From assembly GCA_918797485.1 (NCBI GenBank), contig CAKKNE010000004.1:4030001-4094000 (forward strand): a stretch of DNA of 64,000 bases, in the 5' to 3' direction. How positions within the stretch are numbered: the stretch's first letter is position 1; every line of letters starts with the position of its first letter. The notes beneath the pieces were generated by a model. It searched no databases and was not told the DNA's origin. It worked only from the letters and a program-made list of their open reading frames with translations. Below, piece by piece: positions 21,807 to 32,800 of the stretch. The DNA is from Pelagomonas calceolata. Lineage: Eukaryota. The position numbers and the translations under genes were made by a program.

Positions 21807-22151
21807 CTATTACGTAACTTGTTTCTTGTATAATCTTGCATGTTATAACACCACCGAGGTCCAACATCCCCTACTAGGACGTGCTAGACATCCCCCATGA
21901 CTCTGGACGGCGACGGCGACGGGGCTAATTCCCTTGCCGTTCAGGAACGCTCCTGGCTCCGCACCTGGCTGGCTTGCAGAGCAAAGCAAAGCACACAGCA
22001 AAAGCACGCAGCAAGCAAAGAGGGCAGCCCTTTTTGGACGGAGAGCGTCTCAGAGCAACCATCAAGGACTTCGCCGAGGCGCGCGGGCAGCGTCCGCAAA
22101 ACCGGGGGCAGCGTGCGCACCAGCATTAGAACGCCATGTTGCAATGTGCTT

Positions 22152-22223
22152 GGGAGCTTGGTCTAGTGGCAGGATACGCGCTTCGGGAGCGCGAGGTCGT
22201 GGGTTCGATTCCCGCAGTTCCCC
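22152..22223 (+). tRNA. tRNA-Pro (anticodon CGG)
   Basis: Acceptor stem GGGAGCT/AGTTCCC plus discriminator C; TGGTCTAGTGG A box; anticodon arm CGCGC-TTCGGGA-GCGCG; T loop GGTTCGATTCC. Confidence 0.95.
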
Positions 22224-22294
22224 ATCGCACGTCGCACACGTAGCTGCGCGCGCAGCCGGCAGTCGCGGGACGCGCGCACCCCCGACGCAGGCCA

Positions 22295-22708
22295 ATGACC
22301 AAAGATCGCGCGCTTACATGGAAGAAAATGCGGGCGCAGCAGTCTCGGAGGAAGAAGGCGCGCATGCGGACGGCCCTCGAGGTCATCCGCCGCTTGGAAT
22401 GGGACCCGGCCTGCTGCGCGGCGGCGGTCGTCGTCGGCTACCACGACCGTATCTTAGGCGAGATTGTCGAGAAGCCGCTCGACGCGTTCTCGCGCTGGGG
22501 CGCGATCGAGCTCGCCGGCGAGGACGATCTCGCGATCCCGCAGCACCGCGTCGTCTACTTCAAGAGCGGCGACGCCATCGTCTGGGACAAGCGGCGCATC
22601 TACGACGGTTGCCGCCTCGACGGCGTCTACGGGAGCACGGGTCACGTCAAGGTCGACCTGTCGGAGATCGCGGCGCGGCGGCGCGGGTGGCGGCCCAATC
22701 ACGAATGA
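22295..22708 (+). CDS. MJ1316-domain protein (predicted recogniser of cyclic-phosphate RNA ends); ends UGA-UAG
   Basis: MRTALEVIRRLEWDP...VGYHDR...IPQHRVVYFK...VWDKR matches the MJ1316 pattern. Confidence 0.8.
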   Translation: MTKDRALTWKKMRAQQSRRKKARMRTALEVIRRLEWDPACCAAAVVVGYHDRILGEIVEKPLDAFSRWGAIELAGEDDLAIPQHRVVYFKSGDAIVWDKRRIYDGCRLDGVYGSTGHVKVDLSEIAARRRGWRPNHE

Positions 22709-22730
22709 TAGATCCCGCACGTAACGACGA

Positions 22731-22810
22731 CCGGACGCCCCCCAGTCCCGATGACGGCGCGGCCCGCCTACCTATGTGGGCCGCGCCCGACGACTGCGGG
22801 AGGAGTCCGG
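22731..22810 (+). promoter_or_regulatory. SECIS-like hairpin 3' of the MJ1316 ORF
   Basis: ATGAC 22751-55, 12-bp stem GGCGCGGCCCGC/GTGGGCCGCGCC, CGAC 22788-91; lower stem CCGGAC/GTCCGG. Confidence 0.6.
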
Positions 22811-23378
22811 CGGCGGCGACAGGACGGAGGAGATTTGGCTGAGGGTGCCCCGAGCGTCCAAGACGCTTCTGGCGAGGTCGCTGTGGCGCTTGGAGGCCTA
22901 ACTAACTTTAACTTTTCACCTCCAACACACTAGTAAGTTACCAAACCTACTAGATTTGAAAAAAACCCGATTCGATACCTCTGTAACTCGAAGCTCGCGG
23001 CGTGATTGCGGCTGTACCAATCGGCGTAGACAAGAATCACGCATCGGAACGCCTTCTGACCTTCGCTGACCGCCAGCTGCTGCGAAATCTTGGCTCGAAT
23101 CGCCCTCAAATTGGCCAAACACCGCCAGCAGCCGGTCATCGAACAAGCGGCCGCGCGGCGGCCCTAGCACTGATTGGCGCTATCGCGGACCAGCTGTAAG
23201 CGAAATATAACTCGCCTGGGCAGCGGTACACCAGCGGCACACCGGTCGGGCTCGAGAGAACCACAGACGTCCGACGTCGGCCGGCGGCAGAGCGTTGCCT
23301 GCACCATGGCCAGCCGCACGAGAGGAGAGACCCGCACACAGCCGACGCGCAATCCCCTCCCCGCGCGCAGGTGGTAAG

Positions 23379-24047
23379 ATGAAGGTCGTCGTCGCCCTGG
23401 CGGCCACGGCCAGCGCGCTCGTCGCGCCGGTCGCGAAGGTCGCGCCGGCGACGTCGCTGGACGCGAAGTCGGCGGCCATGCCCTTCCTCGAGTGCCCCGC
23501 CGCGCTCGACGGTTTGGACTACCCGGGCAACGTCGGCTTCGACCCGCTGCGGTTCACCGACAGCGACTGGAACATGGCGGAGGTGATCATCCCCAAGGAG
23601 CGGTGGATGGGCGAGTACGCCGAGATCCCCATGGTCTACTGGATGCGCGAGGCCGAGCTCAAGCACGGCCGCATCTGCATGCTCGCGGTCGTCGGCTGGC
23701 TCACGGTCGACGCGGGCATCCACTTCCCGGGCGAGAAGTACGCGGGCATCGACGCGCTCCACGCCCACGACGCCATGCTCGCGTCGGGCAACATGGGCGT
23801 CATGCTGTTGTTTGCGGCGGTGGCCGAGCTGACGTCGATGGTTTCCGTCGTGCAGGCGGCCAAGGGTAGTGGAAGAGCGGCGGGCGACTTCGGCTTGGAT
23901 CCCCTCGAGTTCTGCGGCAACCCGGACACGAAGAAGTTCATGCTCGAGGCCGAGACGACGCACGCGCGGCTGGCGATGCTCGGCTTCTCGGGCCTGTGCA
24001 CGCAGTCGGCGCTGCTCGAGTCGCACACGTTCCCGTACCTGTCGTAG
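23379..24047 (+). CDS. Light-harvesting complex protein (fucoxanthin-chlorophyll a/c binding, Lhcr-like)
   Basis: Presequence; GFDPL, REAELKHGRICMLA, GDFGLDPL and EAETTHARLAML motifs. Confidence 0.93.
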   Translation: MKVVVALAATASALVAPVAKVAPATSLDAKSAAMPFLECPAALDGLDYPGNVGFDPLRFTDSDWNMAEVIIPKERWMGEYAEIPMVYWMREAELKHGRICMLAVVGWLTVDAGIHFPGEKYAGIDALHAHDAMLASGNMGVMLLFAAVAELTSMVSVVQAAKGSGRAAGDFGLDPLEFCGNPDTKKFMLEAETTHARLAMLGFSGLCTQSALLESHTFPYLS

Positions 24048-24206
24048 GGGGTGGAGTAGGTTGTTCTCCTCGTTAGTTTCTAGTCGCGTCGACGGCGTGG
24101 ATGATTGTGAAAACGCGACTTACAGGATGTATCGAGTCGTACGACGGTTTGTCACACTGGCGTTCCGAACGTCGTCGCGGCGCGACACGCAGGCGCGCGG
24201 GCGGAT

Positions 24207-25568
24207 CTAGTACTCCTCGCCGAAGTCCTCCTCCTCGCCCTCGCCCTCGGCCGTCTCGGCGCCGACCTCCTCGAAGTCCTTCTCGAGGGCCGCGAGGTCC
24301 TCGCGGGCCTCGGAGAACTCGCCCTCCTCCATGCCCTCACCGACGTACCAGTGGACGAAGGCGCGCTTGGCGTACATGAGGTCGAACTTGTGGTCGATGC
24401 GCGAGAGCGCCTCGCCGACGGCCGTCGTGTTGGCGACCATGCAGACCGCGCGCATGACGCGGGCGAGGTCGCCGCCGGGGACGACCGTGGGCGGCTGGTA
24501 GTTGATGCCGCACTTGAAGCCCGTCGGGCACCAGTCGACGAACTGGATCGTGCGCTTGGTCTTGATCGTGGCGACCGAGGCGTTGACGTCCTTGGGGACG
24601 ACGTCGCCGCGGTACATGAGGCAGCAGGCCATGTACTTGCCGTGGCGCGGGTCGCACTTGGTCATCATGCCGGCCGGCTCGAAGACCGAGTTCGTGATCT
24701 CGGCGACGGACAGCTGCTCGTGGTACGCCTTCTCGGCCGAGATGACCGGCGCGTACGACGTGAGCATGAAGTGGATGCGCGGGTACGGCACGAGGTTCGT
24801 CTGGAACTCCGTGATGTCCACGTTGAGCGCGCCGTCGAAGCGGAGCGACGCCGTGAGCGACGAGGCCACCTGGGCGAAGAGGCGGTTGAGGTTCGTGTAC
24901 GTCGGGCGCTCGATGTCGAGGTTGCGGCGGCAGACGTCGTAGAGGGCCTCGTTGTCGAGGGCGAACGTCACGTCCGTGTGCTCGAGAAGCGCGTGCGTCG
25001 AGAGCACCGAGTTGTAGGGCTCGACGACGGCGTTGGAGATCTGCGGCGCCGGCGAGATGCAGAACGAGAGCTTGGACTTGCGGCCGTAGTCGACCGAGAG
25101 GCGCTCGAGGAGGAGCGAGCCGAGGCCCGAGCCCGTGCCGCCGCCCGTGGCGTGGAAGGCGAGGAAGCCCTGGAGGCCCGTGCAGTTGTCCGCGAGCTTG
25201 CGGATGCGGTCGAGCACGAGGTCGACGATCTCCTTGCCGATCGTGTAGTGGCCGCGCGCGTAGTTGTTGGCCGCGTCCTCCTTGCCCGAGATGATCTGCT
25301 CGGGGTGGAAGAGCTGGCGGTACGTGCCCGTGCGGATCTCGTCGCAGACCGTCGGCTCGAGGTCGACGTAGACCGCGCGCGGGACGTGCTTGCCGGCGCC
25401 CGTCTCCGAGAAAAACGTGTTGAAGGCGTCGTCGCCGCCGCCGATGGTCTTGTCCGAGGGCATCTGGCCGTCGGGCTGGATGCCGTGCTCGAGGCAGAAG
25501 AGCTCCCAGCAGGCGTTACCGCCCTGGAGACCGGCCTGGCCGATGTGGATGCAGACGCACTCGCGCAT
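24207..25568 (-). CDS. TUBA: Alpha-tubulin (intronless)
   Basis: MREC start, GGGTGSG signature, C-terminal EEY; 453 aa. Confidence 0.99.
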   Translation of the reverse strand: MRECVCIHIGQAGLQGGNACWELFCLEHGIQPDGQMPSDKTIGGGDDAFNTFFSETGAGKHVPRAVYVDLEPTVCDEIRTGTYRQLFHPEQIISGKEDAANNYARGHYTIGKEIVDLVLDRIRKLADNCTGLQGFLAFHATGGGTGSGLGSLLLERLSVDYGRKSKLSFCISPAPQISNAVVEPYNSVLSTHALLEHTDVTFALDNEALYDVCRRNLDIERPTYTNLNRLFAQVASSLTASLRFDGALNVDITEFQTNLVPYPRIHFMLTSYAPVISAEKAYHEQLSVAEITNSVFEPAGMMTKCDPRHGKYMACCLMYRGDVVPKDVNASVATIKTKRTIQFVDWCPTGFKCGINYQPPTVVPGGDLARVMRAVCMVANTTAVGEALSRIDHKFDLMYAKRAFVHWYVGEGMEEGEFSEAREDLAALEKDFEEVGAETAEGEGEEEDFGEEY

Positions 25569-26103
25569 GGTTGCTGGTGGTGAGTGTGGAGAGAGAGAGG
25601 AAGGTGGTGAGCGATTCCGAGGGTGAGTCGGAACCTGCGGGCGAATGGTGGGTTAGTTTTTTGCGCGTTTTTTTGGGACCGGTGGTGGTGTCTCGTGTCG
25701 GCGGCGCGCGCGTCTTGTGACGGGACTGCCCCCGGGCCGCCGCGCGCTCAATTTTTGAGCGGCGGTGCTTGGTGCCTCATTTCTCGGCGGGCGGCGCGTT
25801 TTTGGGAGCGGCGCGCGGCGCGCGGCCACCGGGCAGCCTCCAGGGAGGCCTTGGATGGGCGCGCGCGTCCTGCGGATTTTTTTGCGCTTCGTATGGACAC
25901 GGTAATTTGCTTTTTGCTTGAGCGTTCACAGGATGGTAAGCAGGTAACTTAGTTAGCCGTGCGGGGCTACGTAAAAAGGGCAGGACCCGTCCACCGCTGC
26001 ACCGCCCCGCCGGAGCGCCTCTTCGCGCCTTCGCGGACCGTTGTTCCTCCTGAGAAGGCATGACACTTCGATCTTGGAAGTGGACACGACGAGAGCAAAA
26101 ACG

Positions 26104-26613
26104 ATGGGTGCTGGGGCCTCCACACCGAGAAAAGCGCAGCCCGACGGCGACGCGGACGACGAGACGGCCGTCAGGGCCATCTTAGGGGAGCTGGGCGGCT
26201 GCGGTGTCCCACCAATGGGCATAGCAGCCGAGAGTTTGAGACTGGCGGTCGCGTCCGACGGTCCCATGCGCAACAAGGTCCGCTCTCATCTAGAGGCGCG
26301 GCGCTGCGCGGCCGGCCTCGACTTTTTAGTTGCGGTGGACGATTATAAGCACACGCGCGGGCCGGACGCGGACGCGGTCCGCGACCGCGCCCGCGAGGTG
26401 CACGAGCGCTTCATCTCCATTGATGCGCCGGCCGAGGTCACGCTGCCGCGGCGCGTGCGGGACGCGGTCGCCCACAAAATTTCAAGTGGTGTCGTGGGCG
26501 ACGACGTCTTCGCGGCCGCGGCGGCCTACGTGTCTAAGGCGCTGGCGCGGGACGCCCTGGGCGACTTCGTGTCGGCGCACCGCGACGACTCCTTGCTTCT
26601 GGCGTCATTGTAA
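26104..26613 (+). CDS. RGS-domain protein with putative N-myristoylation site
   Basis: MGAGAS start; LDFLVAVDDYK...AREVHERFISIDAPAEVTLP. Confidence 0.8.
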   Translation: MGAGASTPRKAQPDGDADDETAVRAILGELGGCGVPPMGIAAESLRLAVASDGPMRNKVRSHLEARRCAAGLDFLVAVDDYKHTRGPDADAVRDRAREVHERFISIDAPAEVTLPRRVRDAVAHKISSGVVGDDVFAAAAAYVSKALARDALGDFVSAHRDDSLLLASL

Positions 26614-26994
26614 TGGCCAGGGCCGTGTCCGCCGGGCCTCTCGCGCGTTTTGTAAGTCCAAGTCCTTTGTGCGTTGCCGTAGTCGTGTCCTTCCACCTCT
26701 ACCCCGGCCCTACAAAGGAAGCACGTGGCTGGAAAGCTACCTAGCTAGCGTGAAGTCCCTCTAGCCCTTGCCCCTACACACGCAACTGCAAAACGCAGTG
26801 TAATTGGACTTGAACACGCGCTGGAAGCTCTCACGATCGCTACGGACCCTTTAGACGCCGTCGACGGGGACCTCGGGGCGCGAAGTGTCCGGAGAGAGCA
26901 GCGCACGCTCTGACTGCCACTCGCGCTGCCCAGCCGACGTCCGCGCTCGCTTCCGTCTCTGGCCGCGTTGTCCATGGCGTACGGCCGCGCAGCG

Positions 26995-28077
26995 ATGCGC
27001 GTCCTGCTCTGCGTGGCGGTCGCGGCCTGGACTCCACCCACGAAACACATGCGACGCCCAACCGCGCTGCACTTCACGAGCAGCGGCAGGGGTGCGCGAC
27101 GCCCGACCGCGTTGTACGTCGAGGTCTCGCAGATGCTCTACGAACAAAGGGAAAAGAGCATTGAACAAAGAGGTGAATTCGAGGAGGAGCTGATTGGCAG
27201 TGGTGGTACTAGTCTAGAAGCCTGCGCTCCTTCCAAGCTCGTGAGCGAACTGTTAAGCGAGGGTGTAGGGCGATGTGACAACGTCCTCGACCCGCAGCAA
27301 GCCGACGCGCTCAAGACCTTCGTCAGAGACGCACTAATTAAAGCAGAGCGCGACACGAGCAAGGGCAAAATTCCGCAGAAACACCGCTTCGCCGAGGTGC
27401 TCCTCAAGGAGAACCGGCGGGACTTCCTCCTCCCTCTAGATGATGAGAAGGTCCTCAATGCAGCTAGAACTATAGCCCTGTCGCCGATCGGCGACGCTGT
27501 GGAAGAGATTCTTGGTACGGACGCCGTCGTGCACGAGTGCAGCTGCCTGATCTCCGACCATGGAAGCCCGAGACAAGTGCTGCACCCGGACACCCCCCAG
27601 CACGAGACCGGCGAGACGCCGCTCTTGACGTGTTTCACCGCATTGCAAGATGTCAGTGAAGATATGGGTCCCACGCTCTTCCTCCCGAAGACGCAGGACA
27701 AGGTCAGCCACCTGCGCTTTTTCAATGACGTGACCAAGGATGAACTGTTGAAGGAACACTCCTCAAATCGCAAGGTAGGCCTGCTCAATGTGGGAGACGT
27801 CTCGTGCTTCGATTCTCGCACTTTACATGCGGGCACGGCGAACCGCGCTCCAGGAACGCGCCGCGCGATGTTCTACCTGTCCTTCCGCAATCCGCGCATC
27901 AGCGATCCCGGGAATCCACCATCACTCAGACCGTGCTTCACGAACGGCCTGACCCTGTCCGATTTACGCGGTAACAGTGCAAAGAAGAAGGCCAAGCTGC
28001 TGGCCAAGGACGACCCGCGGCCGGCCGGCGGCGGCAAGAAGAAGAAGAAGCGCGCGGGGTTCGCGAGTAGTCGATAG
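26995..28077 (+). CDS. Phytanoyl-CoA dioxygenase-like 2OG-Fe(II) oxygenase with presequence
   Basis: QVLHPDT, ALQDV...GPT and FDSRTLHAGTAN...R motifs. Confidence 0.82.
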   Translation: MRVLLCVAVAAWTPPTKHMRRPTALHFTSSGRGARRPTALYVEVSQMLYEQREKSIEQRGEFEEELIGSGGTSLEACAPSKLVSELLSEGVGRCDNVLDPQQADALKTFVRDALIKAERDTSKGKIPQKHRFAEVLLKENRRDFLLPLDDEKVLNAARTIALSPIGDAVEEILGTDAVVHECSCLISDHGSPRQVLHPDTPQHETGETPLLTCFTALQDVSEDMGPTLFLPKTQDKVSHLRFFNDVTKDELLKEHSSNRKVGLLNVGDVSCFDSRTLHAGTANRAPGTRRAMFYLSFRNPRISDPGNPPSLRPCFTNGLTLSDLRGNSAKKKAKLLAKDDPRPAGGGKKKKKRAGFASSR

Positions 28078-28267
28078 TAGTTGTAAGGGTCCTATAGAAA
28101 TGACGATCCGCATACGCGAAGGCTCTCCGCGAGTAAAGTGGGAGCTACTAGCGGCGGAGCACCTCGGAGCGCTCGAGCTTCGAGCAGTTGGCAGGCGTGC
28201 TAAGGCGTCCCGGAGGAGGGACCAGCGGCACCGGCGTTTACGCCTCGGAGCAGCCCCGTGCAAGCAA

Positions 28268-29323
28268 ATGGCGCGCCTTGCCCTTTGGGCCCTGGCAGCG
28301 GCGGCCGTCATGCCGACAGCCGGTGGACACGCCACTGCACAGACTCCACTGGCGAAGGGGCAGCCGCGGGCCAGGCTCCCGCGCCGCCTCGAAGGGTATT
28401 CAGCGCGCCGGCTCGCAGACGAGGACGATTGGACCGACGGCCCAGCTGGCTTTTGCGATGGCGACGAGGCCGAGCTGGGCGAGACGGCCTCGCGCGAGGA
28501 TTGCATCGACACCTGCGACGACGCGGGATACGAAGCCATGACGTGGGACACAATCAGCACGACGTGCTACTGCTTCATAGAGGAGTGGTGCGACTGCATC
28601 GACGAGTACGACGCGGAGGACGAGTGGTGCTGGTGCGGCGAGAAGGACGGGTTCGAGCCCGAAGAGATGTCCGAGAGCGAGTGCGCCGCGGCGGGATGTG
28701 AGTACGAGTCTGGTTCAGAAGACGGCGGGTGGACCGAGTGCAATTGTGAGGAAGCCATGTGCGCGTCGGCCGGGGGTGAGTGGCAGTGCGAGGCCTATGG
28801 GCCGATGGCTTTCAAGGGCTTCCCGCCGCCGGAGGTGTGCGGCTACAGCTCGTACTCATACTCGTACTCGTACGACCCGTTCATGCCCTGCCCCGACTTA
28901 GACAGCGCTTACCTGACGTGCGTGGAGACTGCGGACGACCCGGCGGCCGCGTCGGCCGGCCTCGGATGGAGTTGCTGCGACATCGGAACTTTCCCGACCA
29001 CCTGTTCCGGCATGCAAACGTACTCCGAGTTCCAGGACGCCTGCGGCGATCCGGCCCCCGAGTGTGCCGCGGAATGGACGGCCTACGTAGAATGCGTGTA
29101 CGCGGAAATCCTCGACGAGATCAATAACGACCTTTACGGGACCGCTCCTCTGGAGTGCGACCTCAACTGCAACCCGTCCGACCCGACGCCGCGGCCCGTG
29201 GCGGCGCCGGCGCCGACGCCGCTCGACGCGGCGCTCAAGGGGTCCGACGCGGCGGCGGCGCGCGGCCCGTTTTTTGCCGCCACCGCGGCTCTTCTCGGCG
29301 CCGCGACGGCGCTCGCTCGCTAG
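28268..29323 (+). CDS. Cys/acidic-rich secreted, probably GPI-anchored surface protein
   Basis: Signal peptide, many Cys, SYSYSYSY tract, Pro linker, hydrophobic C-terminal tail. Confidence 0.7.
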   Translation: MARLALWALAAAAVMPTAGGHATAQTPLAKGQPRARLPRRLEGYSARRLADEDDWTDGPAGFCDGDEAELGETASREDCIDTCDDAGYEAMTWDTISTTCYCFIEEWCDCIDEYDAEDEWCWCGEKDGFEPEEMSESECAAAGCEYESGSEDGGWTECNCEEAMCASAGGEWQCEAYGPMAFKGFPPPEVCGYSSYSYSYSYDPFMPCPDLDSAYLTCVETADDPAAASAGLGWSCCDIGTFPTTCSGMQTYSEFQDACGDPAPECAAEWTAYVECVYAEILDEINNDLYGTAPLECDLNCNPSDPTPRPVAAPAPTPLDAALKGSDAAAARGPFFAATAALLGAATALAR

Positions 29324-29471
29324 CCCACCTCGGTCTACCACTCGGCGCCAATTCAAGTCAACTGGCCCGTTCGTTAGCATCCCCCCCGCCCTTGCCTGTA
29401 CTAGGCTGTAGGCAGCACATAAGTACAAGGCACCGTGACTTTACAAGCCTGAGGCAAACAAAGAGTAGTCC

Positions 29472-32400
29472 TTACTTCGCCTCGTACCAGTTCCCCGCCA
29501 CCGCCGCGTCCACCACGAGATCCACGTGCAACGGGTCTAATCCAATGTGGTCGAAGGGCCGCTCCATGAGCCGCACGAGCTCCGCGAGCGCCGCGTCCGC
29601 GTGCTCGGAAGGACCCTCGAGGATGACCTCGTCGTGGATCTGGAGTAGTAATGTATACCCAAGCTCCTTCAACACAGAAGAATCACCAATAGCGAGCATG
29701 GCCATCATCACGACGTCCGCCGCGCTCCCCTGAATCGGCGTGTTGATCGCCGCGCGCGCGCCTCGACCCTGCAGCGCTCGGTTTCTCTCCTGTAGATCAG
29801 GCAACCGTCGACGTCGACCCATCAGCGTAGTAGTATAGCCCGAAGCACGGGCAGCACTTATGGTGTCCTTCTGCCACCGCTCGACCTCAGGGCGGTCGTC
29901 ATACCACGCCCGTAACATACTTTGAGCTTCTTGTTGGGAGACGCCCCAGTCCTTGGCGAGGCCGTGGGCCGTCTTGCCGTAGGCTATCGAGAAATTCAGC
30001 GTCTTGGCCCGTCGTCGTTCCGCCGCGTACTTATCTTTGACGAGCGGCTTGTCACTGTCGCCCTGGGTGCCCTTCTCGAGGAGGACCTCGCCGTTCTCTA
30101 CCGCTTGCCGCACGTGGTCGAACATGCCTACTGCGGTTCTAGAATGAAAACACCCGCCTTCCCGGAACGCCGAGAGCATACTTTCACATTTCGCGACGTG
30201 GGCTAGCAGTCGTAACTCTAGCTGTCCGTAATCAGCGACAATGAGACTACAACCTTCCTTGGCCTTGAAGGCTTTCCGTATCAAATACTGGTCCTTGTCT
30301 AGGGCCGGTTGGTTCTGTAAGTTCGGTCGCCGCGACGACAACCTTCCCGTCTCCGTGTTCAGGTTCAGGGAACAATGGACTCTAGACTGTTCATCAGCTA
30401 AGTCTTGTAAAGGTTTGATGAAGGTGTTCAACATCGTATCGATACTACCCATGCTACATAGTGCATCTAAAGCTTCACAGGCCTCCTCGCCCTCGCGACC
30501 GCCCCCGAACGCGCTGTAGGCGTCTCCCCATTTCTGTTCTTTCGGCGTACCGGCGAGATCTCGCAACACGTCCGCCGTGCACGAGGCCCAGCCGGACTGC
30601 GTGAATTTTTGGGGTACCAATCCTACCGAACGTACGGTAAGTTTGCGCTTTGACTTTTTCGGTGTAGAAGGTAGCGAGAAGGTCTTCGGCGATGCTATGG
30701 AATGTTTCGATAATTGCGCCGTGTAGGAATCATCATCAGTCAGCAACGCTAACAATTGTTCCCGCGTCGACTCCCCAGGAACTTCTAGGGAACGCGCGTG
30801 GCAGGCCGCTTGGAGCTGTTTCAGATCTAATTCTTCGTAGACCGCGTGCAGGTCTGATTTCTCAACTACTACAGGAGCCTTGTACGCCTTGCTGTCCTCG
30901 AGCAGCCGCGCCCGCAACTGGTCCTTCTTGCCCGACAGTTTCAGGGACCGGGCTCGTAGCGCGTCCTTCATCTCAGCTACCGTATTCAGAGCATCGATCT
31001 CCGCGATGGAGAGCGGTGGCGGCCCCTCATCCTGTACTGTTTCAACAATTCCCGCGTCCGCGTTTCGTAATCTCTCCACTAACTCGGCCTTCGTGCCCGT
31101 GACCTTCAGCTCCCGTCGTTGGCATTCCTCCTTGAGTAGTTTCGCCGTGGCCTTGGCGTAGAACTCCTCTTTTGTGACTAACACCTCCTCGTCTCGCTCT
31201 TCCTCCACTTCCGGAATTTCTGATGCCGGGAGGTCCACGTCGAACTCCCGCTCCCGCTCGAGGATCTCGCCGGTCTTCTGGTTCGCCGACCCGCCGAACA
31301 GCAACGTCTGGATCTGTTTTGATGAAGCGGGGTTGAAGAGCCGGCCGTCTTCGCCCATGACCGACACGCACCAGCTCCGAAACGTCTCGAGCGCGGCCTC
31401 CTTGTCCTCCTCGGCCTGCCTTTCTACGGCCTGCAAGTGGCCCGCGGCGTCGACGTGGATCCTGCGCGGAACGAGACGTGAAGACGCCATCGACGCGACT
31501 GTGTCATATCGGCCACGTCGACGCCATCGCCGCGACCGCGTCACGTTCAAGTATATTGAAAACGCTGCGTCGCGGACCCGACGGCCTCCATGTCCGTCAG
31601 CAGATTCCCGAACGGCACGAAGTACCTCTCATAGAAGTCCCACATCGTCACCGGCGTGTCACTCGCAGAGGGATTGTTCCCCATGGGCTCCCAGGCTTGT
31701 TGGGAGAGCTTCTGCTTCAATACGTCGTGCACCTCCCACGTCGACTTCGCGTCGTAGGCCGCGTAGCACACGAACGCGTCTCGTGTTAATGGGTCCGTCT
31801 GCATCTTCAGGACGTCGAGATATGATTTCTTGTCAGAGCCTTCGCCCTCGACGCGCTTCTTCCGGAAAAATTCCGGGAACAGCGTCTTCATCGAGACCTT
31901 GGCCCTCCCATCAGACAACAAATCTCGCCCCAGCGCTTCGAGCGAGTAGCCGTCGCCGCCATGCGTCCGTAACCGTGCGGAATCATACAGGCGAGCCATG
32001 TGCATCGTGTCGCCCCCGAAGCCGTGCATGTCTAGCTCCATGTTCTCGACGACGTGCCGGTCAAACCCGTAGTTGTGCCAGACTTTTTTTAGTTCGCTTG
32101 ATGCGAAGAAGTCCTTGAATTCGTTGAGGACATCCGGCACGGTCGTGTCGACGAAGAGGGCTTTACCCTTGTCAACACCGTCGTAGGAGAAGTCCGGTCC
32201 CGAGTAGACCGTGAAGCACGTAACGACACCGTTGCCCACCGGTCCCTCACGACTTAAGTCGATGCCGTCGACCTCCGTGTCCACAGCATGATATCGGTCT
32301 GAAGCTGTGGCTAGTCTATCGGCTACTGCTCGTGCTTTTGAAACGTCGTTGACAATAACAACATCGTCGTAGGCTATGGGCAATTCCGGGGCCGTTTGGA

Positions 32401-32614
32401 CCTCTTCATTAGAATAGACCGGCACGCTCTGTTGCGTTGTTTGGGCCGGCGCGACGAGCTCGGCGCGCGACGCCGCGACGCTCGCGAGTCTGGTTAGGCG
32501 TCGAGGCCGCAGCGCCGGCCGCAGCGCCCGCGCCCCGCGGCGGGCGAGGAGCAGCGCCACGATGAGTCGTTTGCCGCGCGAGCGGGCGCCTGTTTCTGCC
32601 CCCAGTCGCGCCAC
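29472..32614 (-). CDS. Organellar family-A DNA polymerase (POP type) with 3'-5' exonuclease; start codon uncertain
   Basis: HAVDTEV, KVWHNYGFD and YAAYDA exonuclease motifs; TETGRLSSRRPNLQNQP, ADYGQLELR, RRRAKTLNFSIAYG and QIHDE polymerase motifs; intron 31577-31462. Confidence 0.92.
31462..31577 (-). other. GT-AG intron (116 nt) in the polymerase gene, with two copies of an introner-internal motif
   Basis: Removal gives DMEAVG|IHVD; contains GTCGCG(T/G)CGATGGCG twice. Confidence 0.85.
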
Positions 32615-32771
32615 CTTGCTAGCTCCGGCGGCGCGCGATGCGCGTCCGCGAGCGCGGCGAGGCGATCACCGGGCCAACGCCAGGTGTACGTACGCGTCCA
32701 GGCTTTTCTCAATACTATGCGCGTGCGCGTAAACTCGGCCGCTCTTCTCCAGTTTTGTAGCTAGCGCTCCT

Positions 32772-32800
32772 GTAAGACACTAGCGAGACTAGTGTCTTAC
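32772..32800. promoter_or_regulatory. Perfect 12-bp inverted repeat in a divergent promoter
   Basis: GTAAGACACTAG-cgaga-CTAGTGTCTTAC; the half-site recurs in other divergent intergenic regions. Confidence 0.55.

Noticed and set aside
21934..22842. 302-aa ORF spanning the tRNA
   Set aside because: Starts at TTG, overlaps the tRNA and the MJ1316 frame, and has no recognisable motifs
23196..23370. Possible 5'UTR intron of the LHC gene (GTAAGC...CGCGCAG)
   Set aside because: Plausible splice signals, but no frame constraint to test it without transcripts
24351..25583. 410-aa ORF antisense to alpha-tubulin, and similar antisense ORFs elsewhere
   Set aside because: Expected from extreme GC3 bias, which removes antisense stop codons
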